From Sphaerodactylus townsendi (taxonomy: Eukaryota), in contig NC_059429.1 in the NCBI RefSeq assembly GCF_021028975.2, positions 100,750,001 through 100,814,000 on the forward strand: a stretch of DNA of 64,000 bases. Direction: 5' to 3'. Position 1 is the stretch's first letter; each line of letters begins with the position of its first letter. This document shows positions 49,401 through 58,941 of this stretch, in pieces. The notes beneath the pieces were generated by a model, which worked only from the letters and a program-made list of their open reading frames with translations, searched no databases and had not been told where the DNA came from. Both the position numbers and the translations under genes were made by a program.

Positions 49401-52183
49401 ATGAACTGAAGAAGCAAGGTGACCATGTCAGATTTTCCCATGTTGTTTGGCTGAAGGATCGCTTTACTGAGTGAAAGGCATACATCAGGCAGGGTCGAGT
49501 GAAGTCGTGTGGGTTTGAAAAGACTTTGATCGGGATCACATTTACAGCACAGTTTTCTTGATATTTTGTTAGCCTGTTCAGCAAATGGGAACCCCTGTGA
49601 TAACTCAGAAGAGAATCCCCTCAGGAAGAGACACCATGCAGCTCTGCTGTGATCTTTTGCAGTTCAACCCTGCCCTGTGGCAATTCACTTTCTCCCTTAT
49701 TCTTGCTGACAAGGCATTTTTCTGGCAAAAATTATGTGCCAGGTATGAAGGAAGATTTCTAAGAATGACCGGCAGCTGTTAGATACCTCAACAATGGTAG
49801 ATACAGTGGCTATAAACCACCTGACGAGACATTTTTCAAATAAAAGGGTCATGTTGACTCTTCCAGAAACTAAAATTAGCTTTGCTGGCCTTGTTGTTTC
49901 TCATGTGGTGCCTTCTGTGCCAGCTGGCAGCCATCAGTATGTCCGAGGGCTGGCTGATTGTCCCGTGAACAGGGCTTGGGTTCTTCAAAGGGGACATGTG
50001 CCCAGCAGCCTTCCAGCTCCCACTGCCAGTGTTGTTGCTGGGTAGAAGGTGAATGACAGTGGCTGGCCAGTCTCCAAGCTGGCCCTTGCTATTTCAGGCA
50101 TTTACTGAGCTTGTGCTGTTATGACAACAGTAAAAACTAAATGAACGATCTTTTAATAAGTAGAGGACGGCTTTCCTAGAGCTTCTTTGCCTTATGTGTG
50201 AGAAGTATGAATGTGCCTGTAAGCAGTAGTTACTCCCTGCAGTTCTTGGGTACATCTCTTGGGCCCCTTCCGCACATGCAGAATAATGTACTTTCAATGC
50301 ACTTTGCAGCTGTATTTCGCTGAGCGAAATAGCAAAATCCACTTGTAAACAATTGTGAAAGTGGATTGAAAGTGCATTATTTTGCCTGTGCGGAAGGGGC
50401 CTTGGTCTTTCATCATAGGCAGGATTTTGGAAGGCAGAATGAAAAGATATGATACTTTATTGCTGCTAAAGACACTTAGCATTTTTAGGACTCCAAAAAA
50501 GGCACAATATATCCAGCTGCTATGGGAGCTTGTGCTTAGAATAGCCAATTTTGAGGATATGTGCATATTTTATGCATTCTAGGGGATCTTGGGCTTCCTC
50601 AGTGAGAAACTCAATAGACATATTATCAGTGCAAAGCTAGAGCGTGTAGTGTGTGTGTGTGCGCTAGCTAAAGGAACTTTAGAACTCACCCTGATTTCTC
50701 TAGTGCACAGCTGCTCCATGGAAAGGTTAAGAAGTACCATTTAAGTCTTTTAGGAAATGAAACATTAAAAAACTCTGAAGAGTTATACTGTCAGGCTAGC
50801 ATCTAGGTTCAGGTATGCACTCTCAACCTGGCCTACTTCATTGGGTAGTTGTGAGGATAAAATGGAGAACTATATAAGGTGCTTTGGGTCACCTTTGTGG
50901 GGATTAGTGAGATATAAATGAAGTCAATAAATAAACCTTATTTCAACCCCAAATGAAAATATAAAGGAAGAGTTCACTTCATAACTTTCTAAATTTCGGT
51001 GTTGCAGACAAGTTTTCCAAAGCCTGCTTCTTTTGTGTAGCAATGGGACATCCATAGCCAAAGATGGAGAGTTCATTTCTTGCTTTGAAAAGCCCAGTTT
51101 TTTCATCCTCCACTCATGAGGGAATGTGTCCAACAGACTCTCCTAACTTGGTGGGACGTCAGTGCTTTGTGTGAATCCTGTTTGTTTCCTGCCAAGTCCG
51201 GGAGGCAAGTCTTAAACATACTTCCTGTCAGGGGGAGCTTTGAGTTCCTCAAATTTCTTGTCCTCTGAAATGTACTGAGCTGATTATGGCGTTGCAGCTA
51301 ACATCACTGTCTCCATTGCAGTTAGAGGAAAGATTGGACCTATCGCAACTCCAGACTATATTCAGAATGCTCCTGGTCTTCCTAAAACCCGTTCAGGTAT
51401 GGTTTTGATTTCTCTGTGGTATGCACACAGGAAGCACAGCTCCTGGCCCTTGTTTCATATTTTTCCTTTTGAAATAGGTAGAGGGAGGATTTGGCAAGTT
51501 CATAAAGTTGTCGATAAAGGCACCGTACCTCCCAGGTTAACCTAAGAGAGGTGTGCAAAGCCACACCTGGCCAAATCCTCCTGTTTTTGCTCTGGGGTTT
51601 GCTGAATTTATCATGCCTAACGATTAATTTTGAGTAGCAGGAAGGATTGCAAGCAGTCCATCAGGGAGCACGATAAATGCCGATATAGATTATCAGAAGG
51701 GAATTAGCCTGCAGGCACTCCAGGACTAGGGAGAACTTGCTTTTGATCAATTTCTTCTTCATACAGGTGTGTGATTCCTCCTTTAGCATACATGTACCTT
51801 GAATAGTTGACTGAAGTTTGTGGAGCTGCTAGGCGAGGAAGAATAGGCTAATAATTTCAGATTTGTCACAAACTTTTAATTCTTCACAGAGACCTTGTGA
51901 TGCTTTAATGTTCAGAATCACTGTGTGTGTCAGTGTGAATTGTGCTGAAGTGCCAATGTCCTAAAAAAGCCTATCAGGCTTTTGTTTTGTAAAACATTGC
52001 AGTTCTTTACTCTTAGCAAAAGAACAATTGATGCTGAGCTGCCGTTTCTTTGCAGGTAAAATTATGCGGCGGGTATTGAGGAAGATTGCCAAAAATGACC
52101 GGGAACTGGGTGATACCTCAACAGTGGCAGATCCAGCAGTCATAAACCACCTTTTCAACAATAGATGTGAAACAATACTGTAG
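4960..52183 (+). CDS. ACSS2: Acetyl-CoA synthetase 2, cytoplasmic/nuclear; complete spliced CDS, 686 aa (699 aa with cassette exon)
   Basis: join(4960-5092,7921-8116,21191-21282,26665-26768,27361-27433,28534-28609,31745-31859,[36213-36251],41526-41663,43582-43752,44241-44374,45456-45588,45981-46037,46423-46503,47540-47648,47812-47880,49242-49418,51322-51396,52056-52183). All introns are GT-AG with consistent phases; the constitutive exons sum to 2061 nt. Motifs: [52 protein letters not shown]. Adjacent to GSS, as in other amniotes. Confidence 0.97.
6030..6838 (+). mobile_element. CR1 LINE ORF2 (reverse transcriptase) fragment, decayed
   Basis: [54 protein letters not shown]; interrupted by stops and frameshifts. 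Confidence 0.95.
7921..8116 (+). CDS. ACSS2: ACSS2 exon 2
   Basis: ttttacag|(E)[11 protein letters not shown]...[17 protein letters not shown]...KIAFY(W)|gtaat; 196 nt. Confidence 0.96.
9193..9578 (-). mobile_element. tRNA-derived SINE interrupted by a Harbinger MITE
   Basis: On the - strand: ggtatagtagtta A-box, ggttcaaatcc B-box and AT-rich tail; split at TTA 9389-9391. Confidence 0.7.
9392..9543. mobile_element. PIF/Harbinger MITE
   Basis: TIRs ggccccttctgcacatgcag / ctgcatgtatggaaggggcc; 3-bp TSD TTA. Confidence 0.88.
9820..9967. mobile_element. Young hAT MITE, 148 bp
   Basis: TIR caggggtagggaacc; perfect TSD tactagaa; 1 nt different from the 30014 copy. Confidence 0.95.
10633..10740. 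mobile_element. Short inverted Penelope-like pLTR pair
   Basis: actgactgttgtggg...gggctgtgtagcc / ggccacacagccc...aacaatcagt. Confidence 0.55.
12223..12505 (-). mobile_element. Squamate tRNA-derived SINE (Squam3-like)
   Basis: Head gcagtggcgtagtggttaagagc; core gggtgaccttgggctagtcacag; tail gatataaatccaactcttcttc. Homologous to 42268-42558 and 43087-43370. Confidence 0.85.
14966..15055 (-). mobile_element. CR1 3' end fragment
   Basis: Reverse complement of the CR1 tail (tcttccaactctatgattcta). + strand copies at about 40511-40556 and 54175-54224. Confidence 0.75.
15137..15465. mobile_element. Non-autonomous DNA element with short TIRs
   Basis: caccccaatcc...ggattgagctg termini; GC-rich interior; flanks ttaa/tcaa. 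Confidence 0.5.
16423..16563. mobile_element. hAT MITE, related subfamily
   Basis: caggggtgtccaa...ttggacacccc termini; same internal palindrome. Confidence 0.8.
16892..17259 (+). mobile_element. Solo LTR (Gypsy-like) with nested Harbinger MITE
   Basis: TGTCAGG...CCTTACA termini; 5-bp TSD ggtta (16887-16891, 17260-17264); TATA-like tttatata; AATAAA at 17058-17063. Confidence 0.8.
17093..17233. mobile_element. PIF/Harbinger MITE inside the solo LTR
   Basis: ggctcattccgcacatgcag...gtgcagaagaggcc; TSD ttt. Confidence 0.8.
21191..21282 (+). CDS. ACSS2: ACSS2 exon 3
   Basis: ctttag|[30 protein letters not shown]|gtaaa; 92 nt. Confidence 0.96.
21831..26078 (-). mobile_element. Defective LTR retroelement / ERV, antisense in ACSS2 intron 3
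   Basis: TGTT...AACA termini; 4-bp TSD ggtc (21827-21830, 26079-26082). [14 protein letters not shown] (22955-22945) precedes a 1113-bp 3' LTR (22943-21831). 5' LTR remnant 26078-25983. Disrupted coiled-coil, gag-like frames at about 24570-25980. No RT or integrase motif seen. Confidence 0.85.
26665..26768 (+). CDS. ACSS2: ACSS2 exon 4
   Basis: ccacag|(G)[34 protein letters not shown]|gtagg; 104 nt. Confidence 0.96.
27361..27433 (+). CDS. ACSS2: ACSS2 exon 5
   Basis: gtcag|[24 protein letters not shown]|gtaaa; 73 nt. Confidence 0.96.
28534..28609 (+). CDS. ACSS2: ACSS2 exon 6
   Basis: ttgtag|(D)[24 protein letters not shown]|gtaagt; 76 nt. Confidence 0.95.
29575..30567. repeat. About 1-kb foldback insertion (arms 29600-29980 and 30182-30567)
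   Basis: Arms are reverse complements with few substitutions and two larger indels; flanked by the direct repeat gactgtgtgagcagt (29560-29574, 30566-30580). Confidence 0.93.
30014..30161. mobile_element. Young hAT MITE at the foldback axis
   Basis: TIR caggggtagggaacc; perfect TSD ggataatc. Confidence 0.95.
31745..31859 (+). CDS. ACSS2: ACSS2 exon 7
   Basis: cttgtag|[17 protein letters not shown]...[14 protein letters not shown]|gtggg; 115 nt; contains the SPPxKR motif. Confidence 0.94.
32560..32830 (-). mobile_element. L2 LINE fragment, decayed
   Basis: Reverse strand resembles the L2 RT C-terminal region (RLDYC...[10 protein letters not shown]). Confidence 0.55.
36213..36251 (+). CDS. 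ACSS2: ACSS2 alternative 39-nt cassette exon ([13 protein letters not shown])
   Basis: ttttaacag|39 nt|gtattt; phase 0-0, frame-preserving. Same length and position as, and similar sequence to, the 13-aa insert of the long mammalian ACSS2 isoform (GKLKEKSKRVQPQ, recalled). Confidence 0.8.
36833..36956. mobile_element. hAT MITE, right end truncated
   Basis: Matches the 293-440 family up to catctgga. Confidence 0.8.
37426..37460. repeat. (TA)n microsatellite
   Basis: Direct reading. Confidence 0.85.
38936..39061. mobile_element. hAT MITE with central deletion, 126 bp
   Basis: cagggg...cccctg termini; perfect TSD gtctaaac. Confidence 0.92.
39076..39236. mobile_element. Second Penelope-like family pLTR, inverted, with decayed hammerhead
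   Basis: ggtttgagctttc...gctcc...gtcag / aagggagc...GAAAGCTCatacc inverted halves with a CTGAC..GAAAGCT-type core. Confidence 0.55.
41526..41663 (+). CDS. ACSS2: ACSS2 exon 8 (AMP-binding P-loop)
   Basis: ttcag|[13 protein letters not shown]...[14 protein letters not shown]|gtaaa; 138 nt. Confidence 0.97.
42268..42558 (+). mobile_element. Squam3-like SINE
   Basis: tggtgtagtggttaagagc head; tail ggggtataaatccaaactcc...cttcttct. Confidence 0.85.
43087..43370 (-). mobile_element. Squam3-like SINE
   Basis: Reverse-complement homolog of 42268-42558. Confidence 0.8.
43582..43752 (+). CDS. ACSS2: ACSS2 exon 9
   Basis: tttcag|[10 protein letters not shown]...[28 protein letters not shown]|gtaagt; 171 nt. 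Confidence 0.97.
44241..44374 (+). CDS. ACSS2: ACSS2 exon 10
   Basis: ctcag|FEGLPIYPD...[21 protein letters not shown]|gtaagc; 134 nt. Confidence 0.97.
44680..44827. mobile_element. Young hAT MITE, 148 bp
   Basis: Perfect TSD ccttagat; 1 nt different from the 30014 copy. Confidence 0.95.
45456..45588 (+). CDS. ACSS2: ACSS2 exon 11
   Basis: ggcag|[21 protein letters not shown]...DTFWQTET|gtgagt; 133 nt. Confidence 0.97.
45981..46037 (+). CDS. ACSS2: ACSS2 exon 12
   Basis: ctccag|[19 protein letters not shown]|gtgagt; 57 nt. Confidence 0.97.
46423..46503 (+). CDS. ACSS2: ACSS2 exon 13
   Basis: ggcag|[27 protein letters not shown]|gtaag; 81 nt. Confidence 0.97.
47122..47242 (+). mobile_element. 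Penelope-like pLTR insertion
   Basis: 10-bp TSD aagctcagga (47112-47121, 47243-47252); contains a hammerhead motif. Confidence 0.8.
47148..47188 (+). ncRNA. Minimal type I hammerhead ribozyme motif
   Basis: CCT-CTGAAGA-T-GCC(loop)GGC-GAAA-CG-T-T-AGG: helix I CCT/AGG, helix II GCC/GGC, palindromic ACGT helix III, GUU cleavage triplet. Confidence 0.75.
47540..47648 (+). CDS. ACSS2: ACSS2 exon 14
   Basis: ctttag|[14 protein letters not shown]...FPGYYVTGD|gtaag; 109 nt. Confidence 0.97.
47812..47880 (+). CDS. ACSS2: ACSS2 exon 15
   Basis: tttcag|(G)[22 protein letters not shown]|gtaag; 69 nt. Confidence 0.97.
49242..49418 (+). CDS. ACSS2: ACSS2 exon 16
   Basis: ttgcag|(G)[15 protein letters not shown]...[14 protein letters not shown]...ELKKQ|gtgac; 177 nt. 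Confidence 0.97.
50262..50401. mobile_element. PIF/Harbinger MITE
   Basis: ggccccttccgcaca...tgtgcggaaggggcc; TSD ttg. Confidence 0.88.
51322..51396 (+). CDS. ACSS2: ACSS2 exon 17
   Basis: ttgcag|(V)[24 protein letters not shown]|gtatg; 75 nt. The last Ser (S644) is equivalent to the human AMPK site S659. Confidence 0.97.
52056..52183 (+). CDS. ACSS2: ACSS2 terminal coding exon
   Basis: ttgcag|(G)[11 protein letters not shown]...[10 protein letters not shown]; TAG at 52181-52183. K646 is equivalent to the catalytic, acetylated human K661. Confidence 0.97.
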
Positions 52184-53884
52184 CAGGGCCATCCTAGGGA
52201 AAACAGCAATAGAACAGGAAACTTGGTGAGAATATGAGCACTATCGCAGACAATGACTGTATATTCTTCCAGGAAGAGAAGTTGCCCCATGCTGAGCGGA
52301 ATGTAAGATGATGTAAATGAAGACAAGAAACTGGTGCTCCAAGACCCAGTCCTCATTTTGTGTTGTCGATCTAGCTGTTTGTGTCCCTGCAGAATTGTGT
52401 GCGTTATGTTGTAGACCAATGCGTCATATCTGAAATTCCATCCTGACTCATATTGTACAGAGCAACTAACATTTTAATCATCATAAACTTCTTTCATATC
52501 TTTTTTTAAAACCTACTTCAATGGGCAGAGTTTAGGAGGCTGAAGTAATCAGATGGAAAGATGGCCTTCCACCTGAGCTGTAGTTACCAGCCTTTAAAAA
52601 GCTTTGCAAGACCAACAGACTGGTGAAGAACCTTCATGCTGAGGCAGACTTATTGGAACAAAACTTTAGCAATCTAGCATTCACTTTAAACTAATAAAAC
52701 TCTGGCTGAATGTCATAGACTATGAAAATGTTTAGAGAATTGTAATGAAACTGTAAAATTGGGAAAAAAATTCTATTTGATTTTGGTATGGGGTTGCCTT
52801 GTTAGTGGCAGTAATCTTCCTCCCTAAAGGGTGCAGTGATATCTAGGTATTTGGGGGCTCATAGTATGTTTGTGTGTAGGTGAATTTTCTCACAGCAATT
52901 GTTCTTTACTGGTGGTGGATATTACTGCAAGAGGAAATGCCCACACAGAGGATGGTTCTCAAATTTGCTGTGGTACTTGGGGCAGTGCCAGAACCAGTGG
53001 AATCTGAAAGCAGCACCAATTCAGCAGCCATCTTCTCCTTGTGAGGCCCTCAGTTACATCGGGAAAAGCATGAACTGGGCCATTATGTGGATAATCACAG
53101 TGATTCTTATTAGTGATTATGACAGCTAGAAAGAACTACTGCAGTTTTTGTATGTCAAAGAACAAGGTGCTTGAGAAAGGAAAAAACATATCCTTTCTAA
53201 TATAGATGAATACAGCCGTAGTTGACAGCCCGCTAAAGGCATCATGAAGGTCAACAAGATTTGATCCTTATCAGATAATCAGTTCCTTAGTGTTGTGGCA
53301 CAGGAAAAAATGGTCAAATCAGATATCGGCAGAGATATGATGGAGATATGCAACTGTGGGAAAACACAAAACAAGCCCTTTGGTAAGTACGATAGCAAGA
53401 ATAATGTTCATGTTTTAACACTGTAATAGAACCATGGACATCAGCGACGGGTGTGGGGATATCCTTCCTCTATGATTTTGTATTGGAAAAAACCTTGTAT
53501 GTAAACTTCTACCAAAAGTTAGGTGTTAAATCTCAGCTATGATCACAGTGTTGTGCCATTGGAAAGTGTCTGCTTTACCCATGTAATACTTTGCAAATTG
53601 GAACTGCCTAAAAACAACACATCCTACAAACCATATCCTATGTTGCCCTGATCTTAGCTCATCTTATTTCTTACCTACTGTTTAGTATTCTAAATGCACT
53701 TGTCTGTGGTCTGCAACATCAGTGTATATATTTAATCCCCATATCCTACAGCATTAAAGCTAGGCCTGTGGCTGCTGTGTGCTGTTAATAGGAAACAAGT
53801 CCTTTACTTTTAATCTTGGTCTGATATGTATTTTTGTTTGGGAAATGGCTAGAATTCTGTTTTTAATTGAAATTAAAATCAAAG

Positions 53885-53890
53885 AATAAA
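53885..53890 (+). terminator. Probable main ACSS2 poly(A) signal
   Basis: AATAAA followed about 20 nt later by a (GT)n and T-rich downstream element. A proximal AATAAA lies at 52693-52698. Confidence 0.6.
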
Positions 53891-53908
53891 TCTATAAACC
53901 CTTGAAGG

Positions 53909-53934
53909 TTGTGTGTGTGTGTGTGTGTGTGTGT
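53909..53934. repeat. (GT)n microsatellite
   Basis: Direct reading. Confidence 0.85.
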
Positions 53935-54984
53935 TTTGTTTTTAGGGGAGCCCTATTAGGCTTTTGTTTTGTAAAACAAAAAATAGGTTGTATAATATAG
54001 ACCAGGATTTGCAGATTCTTTGGACACGAGTGTCCAATCTTATGCTGGTTTTGATGTCTATGTATAAGTGTAACAGATGAGGAAGCAAGGATTTCCTGGT
54101 AAGAATTTGTCCTTTCATAAGAAACTCTTGCTGGTCATAAGCAGTATTATCCTGCCTCCCAGTACAAGATTATTGGAGTTGGACTCGATGGCCCTTGTGG
54201 TCTCTTCCAATTCTATGATTCTGTGGAAAAATAGCAGTGTTGGATGGTTGACTGTATGGCATTATACCTTGCTTAGTCCATCCCCTCCCAAATTCCACCC
54301 TCCCCAAACTCCATTCCCAAATTTCCAGGACTTTCCGAAGCTGGAGTTGGCAACCCTTCAGAAAGGGTAGGATAAAAATGCAGATAATAAATTTGGTTGA
54401 AATTTTGACCCTAAATCTACACCACTCAGTTTAAAAATGTTCAGTAGAATTATAATCATGTATTCTAATTATTCCATTTCAATGTCTCATGGAGGAAACC
54501 TGAGAGATGAGTCTGGGCTTTGTCAGCTTCCAAGGTTTCAGATTTCTTTATCATGCTGTTCACTAGTTTTTAGATAGTTCTAATTTAATTGCACTCAGGT
54601 TACTGAGGTCATTTGATCATGCATATATATGTGCATATTTGGAAGAGAATGCAAATCATGTGTTGAACAAAGATGAGACTGGGAACTGGTCTAGAGTATT
54701 TGTGTTACAGGACTGGACTTAAAATGCTTCATGGATATAATAAGGTTTCACATCCAATATCAGCCGCCATTTAGAAGTGATTAAACTGTTTGTTGCAAAC
54801 TCATAGTGCTGGAACTTAAGAGCAAAAATATTGTTTTCTCCAGCAATGGTGAAAGGTACTGTTTTACTAGGTGTGCCTCCTCCCTGCTCTGTGGACAGGG
54901 CATATGTAAATTTCTTGCAAATGTTTCCACTATCCCAAGGAGGTGCTCCACCACACTGGTCCATGCCCTGTCCACTCCTTAGGT

Positions 54985-55416
54985 CAGGGGTAGGGAACTT
55001 TTAACACTCAAAGAGCCATTTGGACCCGTTTTCCATGGGAAAAGAAAACACTTGGAGCCGCAAATAATTTTTGACAATTAAAATAAAGATAACACTGTAT
55101 ATATTGGGGTATTTACCTTTTACTCCGCTCATTCTGAGAAGCGCATGGATGCGTCCGCCCTGCTGCCTGCAGGGTGGGCAAGGATGGGGCCAGTGGCTCG
55201 GCCTCGCCGGCCACTGGGAAAGCACCCGCCTTGCTCCAACGGGGCAGGTGAGAGGGGAAGCCCGCAGCGCGGCCCAGCCGGCTGCGAGCAGTTGGTGCGC
55301 CCGCCCTGCTGCCTGCAGGACAGGCAAGGATGGGGCCAGCGGCTCGGCTCATGGAGCCGCAGTGCAAGGGCAGAAGAGCCGCATGCGGCTCTCGAGCCGC
55401 AGGTTCCCTACCCCTG
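54985..55416. mobile_element. 432-bp non-autonomous hAT element sharing TIRs with the young MITE
   Basis: caggggtagggaac...gagccgcaggttccctacccctg; perfect TSD ccttaggt; CpG-rich interior. Confidence 0.9.
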
Positions 55417-55789
55417 CCTTAGGTGGATAAGCTTCCATAGTTCTCCCACCTTGCTTATTGAAAACACAAGCAAGGACTTCTGGGAAGATACAGCTTCTTG
55501 TTCAGTCTGAGTTGTTGTTAGCTCTTGGCTGCACTCATTGAAAGGGCTAATAGCTGGCTAAACAGTAGACTAGGTCTTACTTTGGACTCAACTTTTTTTT
55601 GTGAGAACTTTAGTTTGACAGGTGGGCTAGTTTGAGTTTATGTCGTTTTGACTGATAAAATCCAGGATCAGTGTTTACAAGCAAGCCATTTCAGTAGAAG
55701 AGGCTGCCTCTCTCCCCCCCCCCCCTTTCTTTTAAGCTTCCTACTTTTGGTTTCTTCTGTTTTAAATTTTCCTTTTGGACCTGCAGTAA

Positions 55790-57250
55790 AAAAATATTTT
55801 GAGTGTTGAAGGATTTCTTTCTACAAAAGATAGCTCTACCAAGAAATAAAGAGAAGCTTTGTTGGAACAATATTAAATGGATTTGAAGATTCTCAGATTT
55901 AAAACATTAAAGATGGAGTTATCCTCCATTGGGAAGGTATGCAGATTTTCCCTCACTTGGGGAGGTATGTGGACTTTCTCTCGGTTGAGAGAACCTATTG
56001 AGATGATTTATAAGCATCCTTTCGGTAAAACCCATCATTTGAGTTTTATTTAGTCTTTTGCAATGGAGTATGCTTACAGGGATTTTTGTAAGTTTGGTTA
56101 GAACTTTCCTCCGGTTGCCTAGCTGGAAACAGCTTCATACCAAAACTTTTTCTAAAGACCCCTTAAAATATCAGGGATTAAATAGATCCCAAATTTGTCA
56201 GCGTTATGGAACAATTACGTTGCTAGATACTTCTTTATAGAAATTACTAAAACATTAATAAAAATGCATGAGGATATATTGGTATGTTAAGAATATCCTG
56301 GTTTACTTTTTTATATATGAGAAGTATTTTTAAAAAAATAAAAATATGAAAAATTTGCTTATTTTTTTCATAAGTATTAGATTTGCAAAAAGGTAACAAT
56401 TTTGGACATTGATTTATACTTAGACTTCAAAAACACTAATGATCAATTTTTAACCAGGCCTTAAAATTAAAGCTGTAATAGTATAATGATCTTATAAGAA
56501 ACTTTTTCTTAACAGTTCATAATAATAAAAATACAAGAGTACTTGTTGAGGAAGTTTAAAAATTGGTTATTTTGATATGTGATGGATTTGTAAAAAGACA
56601 AAACATTTGGATACTAATTTACACTGAAACATTAAGAATTACCAAAGATTAATCTTTAGATGGGTCTTAAAATGAAGGTGATATGATAAAAGTATGTTTT
56701 TTAGGTGTCCTTCAGTTAAATTTATTAGAACAATACTAAGAACTAATTTTATATTTACTAACTGTTGAGAGTTCTGTTGCCTTTTCTTAAAAATCTGAGT
56801 GAACTCACATCTCACAGAATTGTAAAACAATATGAGAGAATACATATGGACAAAACTGACTAATTTTAGGAATACAAGATTCAAATAGAATCCAAAAGTA
56901 AAATGGGAATTTTATATTAATCATTTCTTTATGCATATCAATATAAAGCTAATAATTTGCTAATAAAACTGTGAAGTAGATGAACACAAATGAGTGTTTA
57001 ATATACGTAGTTTTTATTATATATAAATTATTACAAATAATTCTAAATGAAGTACTTAACATGAGTATGATAATATCTAGAAGTTGGTAAACTTATTTAT
57101 TAGGTCTCTTTTCTATTTTGAATGTAACTGATGTTTAACTAGCTATTCACGCAGATTATCTGATTGTTCCTACTGTATCGCCCCTTTTTTCCCTTCCCTT
57201 TTTTCTGTATTATTCCTGTCATATATGGAAAAATTAAAAAAAATATTTTT
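55790..57250 (+). mobile_element. Highly decayed A-rich L1-like ORF2 3' region
   Basis: Strong A-rich strand bias, broken coding-like stretches, and a pyrimidine-rich 3' end followed by an A-tail near 57230-57245. No clean motif. Confidence 0.4.
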
Positions 57251-57554
57251 TTTTAAAAATAGGCAAAAATATTTTAAACACCACTGGCCTTTGCCTCTCA
57301 CAGTGGTAGCAGAAGGGAGAACAATCCACCAAGACAGCAATTGAAGTTGAACCATAGCAAGGAGATGTGGGGGAGGGGGAGGCTTTGGAGGCAATTATCA
57401 TATTTTCTTTTGTGTGTGTGTATGTATGTGTATATATATATATGTGTATTCTACCTGGCACTAAGATAGTGATTTGAAAAGAAGCAGCCTAGAAATAAAG
57501 TTACTAGAAAAAAACCCCCAGAAACAAAAACAGTTCCAATAGGTATTGAACCCT

Positions 57555-57560
57555 TTTATT
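57555..57560 (-). terminator. Candidate GSS poly(A) signal
   Basis: AATAAA on the - strand followed by a GT/T-rich tract. Further AATAAA at 58036-58041 and 58048-58053. Confidence 0.45.
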
Positions 57561-57877
57561 AATGTTCCTTTGAGCCACTGGTGATTGTTTTTGGCATCAC
57601 GACTCTTCATTGGTCCTTAATTAAGCAGTATTAATGCCCAACCCTGTCCTCTCCAAAGGCATATATTGTCTATACATGGCATAGGGCTGACAGTATACCA
57701 TTGATTTTGTCAACAGCAGCTCCCTCACATCAGACTGCAAATTGTACAAATTAAAAAGCAGTTTATATGACTTAACAAGCTGTTATTCCAAAGTAACCTC
57801 TAGTACAGAGCAAACATTCATGGTCCTTCTCTTTAAAATTTCTAGAAATTTAGTATAAATCAACTGAGTTATTTCAA

Positions 57878-58014
57878 NNNNNNNNNNNNNNNNNNNNNNN
57901 NNNNNNNNNNNNNNNNNNNNNNNNNNNNNNNNNNNNNNNNNNNNNNNNNNNNNNNNNNNNNNNNNNNNNNNNNNNNNNNNNNNNNNNNNNNNNNNNNNNN
58001 NNNNNNNNNNNNNN
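57878..58014. other. Assembly gap (137 N)
   Basis: Run of n. Confidence 1.
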
Positions 58015-58817
58015 AAACAAAATAAAAAAGTTATGTTTATTCACTGATTTATTGATTTATCAAAATGGCATATAATAAATGACAGATATGCATTTTCAGC
58101 TAATACTTCCAATGTAAATTACAGCTAAGAGTCTATCAGAGCAATCCTATGCCGAGTCACTCCAGCCTAAGCCTACTGCAATGAAAGCTTAGACTGGAGT
58201 AACTCTCCATAGGATTAAACTATTAGACCCTCATTCAGCTACCGGCAGTGTATATTCCTATTGTCTGTGAAAGACGCCTTAAAGGGTAAGAAGCCTTTTA
58301 AGCCCTCTTTCTCCAAAGTGCATGTTTTTTTTCTTTCAAAATAATACCAAAATAGTAACTGCTCAGCTTTTTCATGCTCTTCACAGTGACAGAGACCCAG
58401 GTGTACTTGTTATTTAATCATCTCCAGGGGACATGACTGAAAAATATTTTTTAGATACACTGTAGTGACATGCGAGTTTTCAATAGGAATGTAAGAACAG
58501 GAAGCAGTATAATGTGAATTAATCCATTTTGTCCAAGAAAATCTCCACTGCCTCCACATAGGATATAAATTCAGAAGGTTAGTCATTGAGTCAAAGGAAC
58601 TCTTCTGTTAGAAGGCACTTGATGAAGGGGCATTTGTAGTAACAGTTTCTGCAATTTATCCAAGTAATATCTAATGAGAACATCAGCTTGTCGGTTCCAC
58701 GCTGGTACCTTTTTGCCTTGGGGTTACAACAGAGAGGAGGGCTTCTAGTGTAGATTTAATCATTAATCATTAATCAGGTCTCAGGTCAAGCACAACAAAG
58801 ATTCTGTTGTTGCTCCT

Positions 58818-58941
58818 TCATATCGCATAGGGAGTATCTAGAACAGCTACTCCGGCTGCTACGCCCCCATCAGCATGTTCTACAGTTTTGGTTCGCAAGA
58901 GATGCCCAACGTGTTTGTTCATTATGAAATCCTGACCTTGC
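58818..58941 (-). CDS. GSS: GSS terminal coding exon ([18 protein letters not shown]...DTPYAI*)
   Basis: 124 nt; ttgcag|; TGA at 58820-58818. Confidence 0.96.
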
